Origin: Holophagales bacterium UBA5704
GTDB taxonomy: Bacteria; Acidobacteriota; Thermoanaerobaculia; Multivoradales; UBA5704
Length of the DNA stretch: 64,000 bases
Direction: 5' to 3'
Assembly (NCBI GenBank): GCA_002420005.1
Contig: DIHE01000157.1
Coordinates: 18,296 to 82,295, forward strand
A program made the position numbers and the translations under genes. Numbering within the stretch: position 1 is the stretch's first letter; each line of letters opens with the position of its first letter. Below are positions 18,001 through 24,086 of the stretch, in pieces. The notes beneath the pieces were generated by a model. The model did no database searches and was not told the DNA's origin. It saw only the letters and a program-made list of their open reading frames with translations.

Positions 18001-20441
18001 CGGGGGTGACTCCTTTCATGCTTCTGCTGGCGTCCTGGGCGGTCGTGCTGGGGCGCTACGCCGGGCAGGAGGACGTGCTGCTGGGCTCGACCATCGCGGG
18101 GCGCAATCGCCGGGAGATCGAAGATCTGATCGGCTTCTTCGTGAACACCCTGGTGTTGCGCACGAACCTCGCGGGCTCCCAATCCTTCGCTCATCTGCTG
18201 GGGTGCGTGCGCGAGACGGCCCTGGACGCCTTTGCGCATCAGGACCTCCCTTTCGAGCTTCTGGTCGAGGAGCTCACGGTCGAACGCAATCTCGCACACT
18301 CCCCGCTGATCCAGGCGATGCTGACGTTCCAGAATACACCGGCCGCCGAGCTGCGGCTGGCGGACCTGACGTTCTCCCCGGTGGAGCGGCAGGCCACCAC
18401 GGCGAAATTCGACCTCGGTCTCGGGTTCCGCCAGACGGCCGAGGGCTTTGCCGGCTCTCTGGAGTATGCGACCGACCTCTTCGACCCCTCGACGGCCGAG
18501 CGCCTTCTCGGCCACCTGACCCAGGTTTTGACGCACGCCGCCGCGTCTCCCGCATGCCCTCTCTCGGAGCTCCGCTTCCTGAGCGCAGCGGAAGAGCGGT
18601 TGCTCCAGACCGACCTCAACCAGGCCCGGCGGAGCTGGGCGCTTCCCGGCACCGTCCAGGACCTGTTCACGCGGCAGGCGCGCCGGACACCCGACAAGAC
18701 CGGCGCCGTGGGTCCCCGGGGGGCGATGACCTACCGCGAGATCGCAGAGCGTTCCTCCGCTCTGGCGCAGCAGATCGGGTGGGCCGGGGCCGGTGCGCCG
18801 CTCGACCGGCGGATCGGCCTGCTGGCGGATCCCGATCCCGAGGTGTTGGTCGGGATGCTCGGTATTCTGAAGGCGGGCGGCGGATTCGTCCCGATGGACA
18901 CCCGCCATCCGGACGAGCGCCTGGCCTGGACTCTGCAAGACTGCGGGTGTGAGGTGCTGGTCACCCAGCGCCGGCACGTGGCGCGGGTGGCGGCGCTCGC
19001 CCCCGGTTTGCGCCGCGTGGTCTGCCTGGAAGACGCACTCCCCTCCGCCACGGAGACCGCTCTCCGGAGCGAGCCGCTCTCCCTCGCGTATGCCGTGTAT
19101 ACCTCGGGCTCGGCCGGCCGGCCCAAGGGAGTGCAGATTGCGCACGAGAGCCTCGTGCCGATGCTCCACTGGGGCTGCAGCCATCTGGGCCTCGGCGAGC
19201 ACACCCGGGTCCTCCAGAGCCTCGCCTTCTGCTTCGACTTCGGCATCTTCGAGATCCTCACGACCGTGGTCGCGGGAGGCACACTTCTCTTCCCCGGCGA
19301 GGCCGCGGGTGATCCGGAGGCCTTCGCGCAGGAGATCGCCCGGCACGGCGTCAACACCCTGCACACGACGCCGGCTTTTGCGCGTGAGCTCGCGAGGGCT
19401 GCCGAGGCGGGCCGGGCTCTGGAGAGTCTCGAGATCCTCCATCTCGGGGGTGAGGCGCTGCCGCGGGAGACCGCGGCGCGCCTTCGCGAAGCCGCGCCGC
19501 GCGCGGCTCTCTACAACGGCTATGGCCCGACCGAGGCGACGATCAACAGCTCGATCTACCGGATCGACGGCGGCGACGGCGAAGAGACGGCCTGGCCGGT
19601 GGTCCCGATCGGCCGGCGGTCGGCGGACAATGCGCTGTACGTCCTCGACCCCACGGGCCGGCTTGCGCCGCTCGGCGCGCGCGGGGAGCTCTGCGTCGGG
19701 GGGATCGGAGTGGCACGGGGCTACCTCGGACGACCCGGCTTGACCGCCGAGCGTTTCGTCCCGGACCCGTTCGGCACCGCACCCGGCGGGCGGCTCTACC
19801 GTACCGGCGACCTGGTTCGGTATCTGCCCGAGGGCGGCCGGCCCGGCAGGGATCTCGAATTCCTCGGCCGGATCGATCAGCAGGTCAAGCTGCGTGGCTT
19901 CCGGATCGAGCTGGGGGAGATCGAGTCCGCGCTGCAGAGCCATCCCGCGGTGAGCGCCTGCGTGGCTCTGCTGCGGACGGATGCCCCCGGAGATCCACGC
20001 CTCGTCGCCTACGTCGTCCTCGATCCGCCGGACGATCCGGAAGATCCGCGGCCGGCTCTCGCGGCCTGGCTGCGCGGAAAGCTGCCCGAGTACATGGTGC
20101 CCGCGCTCGTTCTCCTCGATGCGTTGCCGCTCACCACCAACGGCAAGGTGGACCGCCGGGCGCTGCCGGCACCGGAGCGCCGCGCGGAGGAGTCGGCCTA
20201 CGTGGCACCCGGCGATCCGCTCGAAGAAAAGCTGGCCGGGATCTATCAAGAGGTGCTCCAGCTCAACCGCGTGGGCATCCATGACAACTTCTTCTCCCTG
20301 GGCGGACATTCGTTGCTCGCCACCCAGGTGGTCACGCGAGTCCGGGAGACCTTGGGTCTCCAACTCCACCTGCGGCGTATCTTCGAGGCGCCGACCGTCC
20401 ATCAGCTCGCCAGGGGCTTGCGCGGCGGGCATCCCGCCTAA
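7710..20441 (+). CDS. Non-ribosomal peptide synthetase, four modules: C-like - A - T - C - A - T - C - A - T - C - A - T (no release domain)
   Basis: Track ORF 7305..20441. I moved the start to ATG 7710, the first ATG after the dioxygenase stop at 7684-7686. Motifs in order: EVPALCAD 8118-8141 instead of HHxxxDG; A1 (SGSTGRPKG, NHYGPTETT); T1 Ser 10747-10749; HHSVADG 11319-11339; A2 (SGSTGRSKG, NLYGPTETTVWS); T2 Ser 13911-13913; HHVVTDG 14487-14507; A3 (SGSTGRPKG, NAYGPTESTTFA); T3 Ser 17091-17093; HHIVSDG 17670-17690; A4 (SGSAGRPKG, NGYGPTEATINSS); T4 Ser 20310-20312. Only ~43 aa follow the last carrier Ser. Confidence 0.9.
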   Translation: MDAAITGFALSPQQKHLWLLAQEGEAAFRSRCTVFLRGDLEPETLKAALADLAQRHEVLRTVFHRPPGLSLPLQVVGEPGWDLREDSFVDLPPEERAERLGRLRARLAAEPMDLARGPLWRAALVALAPREHALLLEVPALCADRRGLIALVREIARSWTALAAGGASAGEPAQYIDLSEWQNELLSAADTRPGREHWRRRGTTAPPPPELPLRAASRADGANAAPFQPRSVAVALPPAAWGELRALAGREQTDLRSLLLAAWALLLARLTGRAEQEVGLLADGRNFSELVEAVGLFARCLPLSFTVAPHRPFTSLLRDVAGEVGEAVQRQQFFSWEDWEGGSRTATGVPCPEVAFELAELPEPVAAPGVTLSLGHAESTSERFGLKLLCSAGDEATTAEIGFDAARFQEEDVRRLAEGLSALLAGVLASPEGAVGDFEILGPGERARRLVELNRPEPPLPAAPDLCGLFDRQAEARPEALAVVAGAQSLTWRELADQANRLAHHLRRLGVGPEVCVALCLDRSVEMIVSLLAVLKAGGAYVPLDPGLPQERLELMLADAGARVLVVHGPTSLLLPAVPAIRLDLGAAGAALAAESPVAPPPAADADNLAYVIYTSGSTGRPKGVAISRGQLASYTQAVAHRLDLPAGAGYALISTFAADLGNTVLFPALAGGGCLHVLTQEHASDTAALADYAGRHAIDCLKIVPSHLRALLDGPRPERVLPRRCLVLGGEATDWAFLARVQELAPGCRVLNHYGPTETTVGALTCAVPHGWRDPDAATLPLGRPLPNSRVYVVDARLQAVPGWVPGEVLIGGEGVARGYVGHPALTAERFVPDPFAASPGRRVYRSGDLARHLPSGLLEFLGRSDDQVKIRGFRVEPGEVAALLRGHPAVREAVVLAREDGGEGRRLVAYVVPARGGQIAPDELRSWLRQRLPEHMVPAALVVLKALPLTSNGKLDRRALPAPEPPPTSPAAGGAPPDPAEEILLGIWSDLLGTARRIGRRDSFFELGGHSLLAMQLISRVRDAFHVEIPLPVLFSTPTVAGLAERIAAAGRPGRAVAPPIERVPRGGDLPLSFAQQRLWFLDRLEPGSPFYNITRALRLHGHLDVRSLGRALGEIVRRHEALRTTFPSSGGFPAQVIAAAGDASLSLVDLGGLGTAGREAVALDLATLWARSPFDLARGPLLRLGLLRLGEQEHLLLAAVHHSVADGWSMGVLVREIGALYAAFVQGEPSPLPELPVQYADFAAWQRSWLQGEVLEEQIAFWRGRLAGAPRVLELPADRPRPPVQTFRGAVQPLVLPPALAQAARGLGRRESATLFMTLLAAWAVLLGRHAGQEDLLVGTPIAGRNRREIEDLVGFFVNTLVLRIELSAGDSGTAPAFLEVLGRVRAGALTAFAHQDLPFERLVEELAPERDLSRSPLFQVLFSLQNAPAGELRLPGLTLAPVETGAAVAKFDLSLYLVETGAEITGGLEHNRDLFDAGTVERLGARFAALLAAAVADPGCPVGDLPLLSPAEVEQLVTGWNDTAEPFPADLCVHERIAAQAARTPEAVALSFGGEPLFYQELVERAGRLARRLVRLGVGPDVPVGLCADRSPALLVGVLGILQAGGAYVPLDPTHPRERLGAILADSGLRVLVTENALLGTLPHHGVPLVLLDGETAGDGRVPLPRVHPENLAYVLFTSGSTGRSKGVAVSHRGVMNFLTTLAARAGFSAGDVVVALTTLSFDIAVTELLLPLTIGARIELVRRETAGDARLLAAALESAGATVLQATPATWTLLVDGGWQGRPGLKALCGGEALPRALADRLLLRAAELWNLYGPTETTVWSTLHRITADERRVPIGHPLGNTTVHLLGRWGELVPVGVVGELWIGGAGLARGYHGRPDLTAERFLPDPFAAPGARLYRTGDLARRLPDGALDYLGRADFQVKVRGHRIELGEIEAALRRHPDVRDAVAVVRQDAPDEKRLAAYVVPAQGKGIGAAALADFLRGILPASMIPAAFSFLPALPLTPSGKVDRRALPAPDRRAAAAGAVEPRDPLEELLAGVWAEVLRLDRVGVHDDFFLLGGHSLLATQVISRLHQALGMEVPLRWLFEAPTVAGLARKILAGRAEGAATPAPPLVPVPRGGDLPLSFAQQRLWLIDRLDPGSPAYNMPLALRLTGEVTPARLGCIFAAIVRRHEVLRTTFVVRAGAPVQVIAPAEDRTPPVPVVDLSYLPDAAGTAAALARDEARRPFDLRHGPLLRLGLLRLGTDDHVLLLTLHHVVTDGWSQGVLLREIAELHTAFTEGRPPALPELPVQYADFAVWQRSWLQGAVLAEQLGHWRRRLAGAPRQLELPTDRPRPPLKTRRGAKRPVALPPDLAAGIRELGRREGVTPFMVLLAAWALLLGRHAGQEDVVVGTPIAGRNRRELEDLIGFFVNTLALRIRLDGSGSPPAFRELLGRVRESALDAFAHQDVPFERLVEELAPERDLAPSPLFQVLFVLQNLPVAAPAVPGLSLVPLPIDNGTAKLDLTLSLSEGAAGFAGSLEHDLDLFDDATVERLPARFAVLLTGAVAAPGRALPDLPLLLPAELEQVVHTWNATTREYPRDSSLPELFARVAQELPDGPAVIGSGEVWSYRRLAAASDRLARRLRALGVGPETPVGLAIERSPALVLGTLAIVKAGGAYVPLDAGHPDERLAFLLADTGARIVLVHGATRDRMAALGACCVDLEDAPDESAAPPPPPHLPADSLAYVLYTSGSTGRPKGVAVPHRAVVRLVRQTDHLRLGPGDRVAHLSNTSFDAATYEIWGALLNGAAVAVIPRDTVLSSSAGLAAALAEQRVTSMFLTSALFTRMAAEVPDAFHHLHEVLVGGEAVSPAAARRVLAGRPPRRLLNAYGPTESTTFAAWYPIREVPADAVSVPIGFPLANTTLYVLDRRWSPVPPGSVGELAIGGDGLARGYLGRPELSAERFVPHPWGDGERLYRTGDLVRRRPDGALEILGRLDHQIKIRGFRIEPGEIETVLASHPAIRECVVVACEGPPGSHFLAAYVVGSAEPPEATGLRTFLSERLPGYMVPSAFVVLEALPFSPNGKVDRRALPDPQGHGSPEHAFVAPSDPVEVKLAAIWSEVLRRDRIGAEDDFFALGGHSLLATQVVTRVEEVLGVEIPLRDVFEAPTLRRLARRLREQHGGETATPPLLPATDPPRSAPLSFAQQRLWFLNQLEPGNPAYNVPLAVRLTGGLSVEALERTFAEVVRRHEALRTSFPVEAGQPVQRIAASGDLRLELQPVDLSDAPEEAREEWVHKLVQEEAGHPFDLENGALLRCGLLRLGEREHLLLVTFHHIVSDGWSMGVLLRELGALYPAFLRGEPSPLPELRSQYADFARWQRSRLQGEVLEQLLSHWKDALAGAPTLLELPTDRPRPAVQSYRGALAGLTLAPGLPAALRELCRKAGVTPFMLLLASWAVVLGRYAGQEDVLLGSTIAGRNRREIEDLIGFFVNTLVLRTNLAGSQSFAHLLGCVRETALDAFAHQDLPFELLVEELTVERNLAHSPLIQAMLTFQNTPAAELRLADLTFSPVERQATTAKFDLGLGFRQTAEGFAGSLEYATDLFDPSTAERLLGHLTQVLTHAAASPACPLSELRFLSAAEERLLQTDLNQARRSWALPGTVQDLFTRQARRTPDKTGAVGPRGAMTYREIAERSSALAQQIGWAGAGAPLDRRIGLLADPDPEVLVGMLGILKAGGGFVPMDTRHPDERLAWTLQDCGCEVLVTQRRHVARVAALAPGLRRVVCLEDALPSATETALRSEPLSLAYAVYTSGSAGRPKGVQIAHESLVPMLHWGCSHLGLGEHTRVLQSLAFCFDFGIFEILTTVVAGGTLLFPGEAAGDPEAFAQEIARHGVNTLHTTPAFARELARAAEAGRALESLEILHLGGEALPRETAARLREAAPRAALYNGYGPTEATINSSIYRIDGGDGEETAWPVVPIGRRSADNALYVLDPTGRLAPLGARGELCVGGIGVARGYLGRPGLTAERFVPDPFGTAPGGRLYRTGDLVRYLPEGGRPGRDLEFLGRIDQQVKLRGFRIELGEIESALQSHPAVSACVALLRTDAPGDPRLVAYVVLDPPDDPEDPRPALAAWLRGKLPEYMVPALVLLDALPLTTNGKVDRRALPAPERRAEESAYVAPGDPLEEKLAGIYQEVLQLNRVGIHDNFFSLGGHSLLATQVVTRVRETLGLQLHLRRIFEAPTVHQLARGLRGGHPA

Positions 20442-20478
20442 GGTTTATCGGTTCAATTTGAAGAAAGGGGGCTCAACC

Positions 20479-22398
20479 ATGTACCGTGTCGCACTCGTCA
20501 ACATGCCGTTCGCCAACGCCGACATGCCATCGCTCGCCCTGACCCAGCTCAAAGCCGTCTTGCAGAGCGAGCTGGGCGATCAGGTGGAGTGTCAGGTGCT
20601 CTATCCCAACCTCGATTTCGTCGGCCATCTCGGTCCCCGCCTCTACGAGATCATCTCCAACACCACCCTGGCCAACACCGCGGGGCTGGGGGACTGGTTC
20701 TTCAGCCAGGAGGCGTTTCCCGAGAAACCCGACGATTCGGACGCCTACCTGGTCCGCCACTTCTCCGAGCACCGGTCGCAGCTCGATGCCTTCCGTGGCG
20801 AGCTGAAAGAAAAACGCCGGCAGGCGGGAGCCCTCCTCGACGATCTCATCGAGCGCTACCGGCTGGACAGCTACTCGCTGATCGGCTTCACCACCATGTT
20901 CTCGCAGAACATGGCGTGCATCGCCATGGCCAGGAAGCTCAAGGCCCTGCGCCCCGAGATCACCATCCTGATGGGCGGGGCCAACTGCGAGTCCCCGATG
21001 GGAGACGTGCTCGCCAGGAACGTGGCCGAGATCGATTACGTTTTTTCCGGGCCCAGCCTGGTCGCCTTTCCACGGCTCGTCCGCCATCTCCTGCAGGGAG
21101 AAATCGAGGAGTGCGACAAGATCAAGGGTGTCCTCACCAGCCGGAAGCTGGCGGCACAGGAGGCCGGCCACGACCGCGAGATCGGCGAAGAGCTGGACAT
21201 CGCGTTCGACGTACCGCTCGATTATGACGACTACTTCGCGGCGTTCGATGCGAAGGTGCCGAAGGATGCGGGCTTCGAGCCGAAGGTGATGTTCGAAACC
21301 TCGCGCGGCTGCTGGTGGGGCGAGCGGGCCCACTGCACCTTCTGCGGCCTGAACGGCGTCACCATGTCTTACCGCGCCTTGCCGGCGGACAAGGCCCTGA
21401 ACCTCCTGCACGGGCTGTTCGAGCGGTACGGCGCCCGGGCCCCGGAGTTCAAGTCGGTCGACAACATCCTGCCGCGGGAATACCTCACCGACGTCCTGCC
21501 GTATCTGGAGACACCGGAAGAAAACTTCCTGTTCTATGAGATCAAGGCCGATCTCAAGGAACGCGAGGTGGCGGTGCTGGCGCAGGCCCGGGTGACGCGG
21601 ATCCAGCCCGGCATCGAGTCGCTGGCGACCAGCTCCTTGAAACTGATGCGCAAGGGGACGACGTCGTTCCAGAACCTCAAGTTCCTCAAGCACTGCCAGC
21701 GGTACGGCATCTATTCGCTGTGGAACCTCCTGGTCGGCTTCCCCAACGAGCCCGAATCGGTCTACGCGAAGTATTACGAGGATCTGCCGCTGCTCATCCA
21801 TCTCGAGCCGCCGAGCGGCGCCCATCCGATCCGCTTCGACCGCTTCAGCCCCTATTTCGTGCGGGCCCAGGAGTACGGCCTCAAGCTGAAGCCGTTCAAG
21901 TGGTACGAGATGCTCTATCCCTTCCCGGCGGAAGAGCTCCACGACCTCGCCTACTACTTCGCGGACGAGGATTACAAGGCGACGCATGTCGCGAGCACCG
22001 CGCGCTGGCTCGGCAAGCTGCGCGAGCGCATCGCCCACTGGCAGGTTCGCTACTACCAGCGCGACCGGCGGCTCAAGCCGGAGCTGACCACCAAGGAGCG
22101 CCGCGGAGCCATGGTGGTCTACGACTCCCGCTCCGGCTCTGCCGTCGAGCACTCCCTCTCTCCGACCGTCTGGAAGATCCTCGATCTCCTGGAGGAGCCG
22201 CTCAAGATTCCGCGGCTGGTCGAGAAGCTCGCCGGCATCCCGGAGCAGGAGGTGACCGCGGGGGTCGCCTTCCTCAAGCAGCGCGGCCTCCTCTTCGAGG
22301 AGGACGGCGCCTACATGAGCCTGGTGCTGCGGCCCGAGAGACCGACCTTGCTCCGCGCACAACCGGCCGCAGCCGCGACCGAGGCGATCGCCTCGTGA
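20479..22398 (+). CDS. B12-binding-domain radical SAM enzyme, RiPP-maturase-like family
   Basis: ATG at 20479 lies 37 nt after the NRPS stop and is preceded by GAAAGGGGG. The N terminus MYRVALVNMPFANADMPSLALTQLKAVL is typical of the B12-binding rSAM family that I recall as TIGR03975-like. Cys cluster SRGCWWGERAHCTFCGLNG (Cys codons 21310, 21334, 21343). C-terminal stretch LSPTVWKILDLLEEPLKIPRLVEKLAGIPEQEVTAGVAFLKQRGLLFEEDG looks like a PqqD/RRE winged helix. Confidence 0.85.
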   Translation: MYRVALVNMPFANADMPSLALTQLKAVLQSELGDQVECQVLYPNLDFVGHLGPRLYEIISNTTLANTAGLGDWFFSQEAFPEKPDDSDAYLVRHFSEHRSQLDAFRGELKEKRRQAGALLDDLIERYRLDSYSLIGFTTMFSQNMACIAMARKLKALRPEITILMGGANCESPMGDVLARNVAEIDYVFSGPSLVAFPRLVRHLLQGEIEECDKIKGVLTSRKLAAQEAGHDREIGEELDIAFDVPLDYDDYFAAFDAKVPKDAGFEPKVMFETSRGCWWGERAHCTFCGLNGVTMSYRALPADKALNLLHGLFERYGARAPEFKSVDNILPREYLTDVLPYLETPEENFLFYEIKADLKEREVAVLAQARVTRIQPGIESLATSSLKLMRKGTTSFQNLKFLKHCQRYGIYSLWNLLVGFPNEPESVYAKYYEDLPLLIHLEPPSGAHPIRFDRFSPYFVRAQEYGLKLKPFKWYEMLYPFPAEELHDLAYYFADEDYKATHVASTARWLGKLRERIAHWQVRYYQRDRRLKPELTTKERRGAMVVYDSRSGSAVEHSLSPTVWKILDLLEEPLKIPRLVEKLAGIPEQEVTAGVAFLKQRGLLFEEDGAYMSLVLRPERPTLLRAQPAAAATEAIAS

Positions 22399-22476
22399 GT
22401 CTTTGAAAGATCGGGGGCGGCGAAACCCACCGCCGCACCCGATCCCGAGCCGCTCTGTCGCTCGATTGCTCTCTCC

Positions 22477-22499
22477 GGGGACGTGCCCCCCACGTCCCC
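22477..22499. terminator. Perfect 9-bp-stem hairpin between convergent genes (possible bidirectional terminator)
   Basis: GGGGACGTG-ccccc-CACGTCCCC sits in the 214 nt gap between the rSAM stop (22398) and the convergent ORF stop (22613). There is no clear U tract. Confidence 0.35.
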
Positions 22500-22612
22500 G
22501 CCTCGTCTCCCCCCGGGAACCGTGTCAAACCCGGCCACAGGCCGATGCAATGAACAGCCTTCCCAGGCTGCTCACGAGCCGGCTGCCTCGTGGGAACCGA
22601 GGGAAGCGGTGC

Positions 22613-23047
22613 TCACCGGAGCCTGTACTCGCGCATCTCAGCGTAGAGCGGGGTCAACGTGTCGATTTCGCACGAACGGTCGGTGAACCTGTAGGTCGTC
22701 GCGAAGTCCTCATAGCTGCGGGCCCGCCAGAGCCTCCCGGCGGGATCGACCACCAGAGAGTGCCCGACGCCCCCGCGGAAGATCGCCGAGCCGTCGGTGC
22801 CGGTGTACCCCCGGCACGTCCAAGGCCGTTCCTCGGGATGCGCGGCCATGAAAGCCTCGATCTCGCCGACGAGCTGCGCGAAGAGCTGCGCCCGTTCCGC
22901 CGCAGGTGCACGGAGAGTGCGCTCGATGGCCCGGCTGAGCATGGGCTCTGCCGGTGAAGAGAGGACCCCTGATTGGAGCGGCTCGGCCATGACCCAACCA
23001 TCATGCTGGCAGCCGACCTGAAACCCCAGGGGCTCCAGGAACCGCAA
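22613..23047 (-). CDS. Hypothetical protein
   Basis: 144 aa ORF with a protein-like composition (..GSAIFRGGVGHSLVVDPAGRLWRARSYEDFATTY..) and G/C-rich third positions. I recognise no family. The start is uncertain; internal Met codons are possible. Confidence 0.5.
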   Translation of the reverse strand: MRFLEPLGFQVGCQHDGWVMAEPLQSGVLSSPAEPMLSRAIERTLRAPAAERAQLFAQLVGEIEAFMAAHPEERPWTCRGYTGTDGSAIFRGGVGHSLVVDPAGRLWRARSYEDFATTYRFTDRSCEIDTLTPLYAEMREYRLR

Positions 23048-23106
23048 GAAACCACCGTGCCCTTGCCGTTCCTGAAGCCCTTGCCGTCCTGGGTCTTCCT
23101 GCTTTC

Positions 23107-24045
23107 CTAGATCTCCACCCCGCCCATCAGCCAGAGCAGGATCGCCTTCTGGATGTGCAGGCGGTTCTCCGCCTCGTCATAGATGCGGCTCTGCGGGCCG
23201 TCCGCGACTTCGGCGGTGACCTCTTCGCCGCGGTGGGCGGGGAGGCAGTGGAGGAAGACGGCCTCGGGCCGGGCGTGGGCCATCAGGGCGCTGTCGACCG
23301 TCCAGCCCTGGAAGGCGCGCAGGCGCTCCTGGGCTTCCTGCTCCTGACCCATGGAGGCCCAGACGTCGGTGTAGACGGCGGAGGCCCCGGCGACGGCTTC
23401 GCGCGGATCGTTGGTGACGATCACCTGGGTGCCGGCGGCGGCGGCGTCCTGGCGGGCCAGCTCGAGATACTTGCCCTGGACCTCATAGCCCTTGGGCGAG
23501 GCGATCGCCACGTCCATCCCCACCTTGGAGGCGCCGAACATCAGCGAGTGGGCCATGTTGTTGCCGTCCCCCACATAGGTGAGCTTGCGGCCGCGCAGCT
23601 TGTCGAGCCCGCCGAAGACCTCGGTCAGGGTGAAGTAGTCGCACAGGCTCTGGCACGGGTGCAGCTCGTCGGTCAGGCCGTTGATCACCGGGATGGAGCC
23701 GTACTTGGCGAGGTCGGTCACGGTCTGGTGGGCGAAGGTGCGGGCCATGATGCCGTCCAGGTAGCGCGACAGGACTTTCGCGGTGTCGGAGATCGGCTCG
23801 CCGCGGCCGAGCTGGATGTCGCGGCTGGAGAGGAAGAGGGCGTGGCCGCCCATCTGGGCCATGCCCACCTCGAAGCTCACCCGGGTGCGGGTGGAGGACT
23901 TCTCGAAGATCATCCCCAGAGTCTTCCTGTGCAGATGGTTGTGGAACTTGGCGGGCTCGGCCTTCACCTCGGCGGAGAGCCGGAAGAGGCCGGCGACTTC
24001 CGCCGCGGTCAAGTCGTGGATCGAGATCAGGTGACGCAGGGCCAT
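23107..24045 (-). CDS. arcB: Ornithine carbamoyltransferase
   Basis: Motifs SSTRTRVSFE, DELHPCQSLCD and FLHCLPAHRGEEV over 312 aa. It lies directly downstream of arginine deiminase on the same strand, which favours the catabolic name, but an anabolic argF role is not excluded. Confidence 0.92.
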   Translation of the reverse strand: MALRHLISIHDLTAAEVAGLFRLSAEVKAEPAKFHNHLHRKTLGMIFEKSSTRTRVSFEVGMAQMGGHALFLSSRDIQLGRGEPISDTAKVLSRYLDGIMARTFAHQTVTDLAKYGSIPVINGLTDELHPCQSLCDYFTLTEVFGGLDKLRGRKLTYVGDGNNMAHSLMFGASKVGMDVAIASPKGYEVQGKYLELARQDAAAAGTQVIVTNDPREAVAGASAVYTDVWASMGQEQEAQERLRAFQGWTVDSALMAHARPEAVFLHCLPAHRGEEVTAEVADGPQSRIYDEAENRLHIQKAILLWLMGGVEI

Positions 24046-24086
24046 CGGGTCTCCTCAGAACCGGAAAGATCCGGTGGAATCGGTGT

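Noticed and set aside
20313-20441. Thioesterase, reductase or terminal condensation domain at the end of the NRPS
   Set aside because: Only ~43 residues follow the last carrier Ser, and no GxSxG or Rossmann motif is present. There are also no epimerisation domains: a single HHxxxDG occurs between each T and the next A, and the spacing fits one C domain.
22403-22957. Plus-strand ORFs after the radical SAM gene (22403..22957, 22483..22686) as possible precursor peptides
   Set aside because: They run through the 22477-22499 hairpin, have many A/T-ending codons for this genome, and are antisense to the better-looking 22613..23047 ORF. They show no leader/core-like features.
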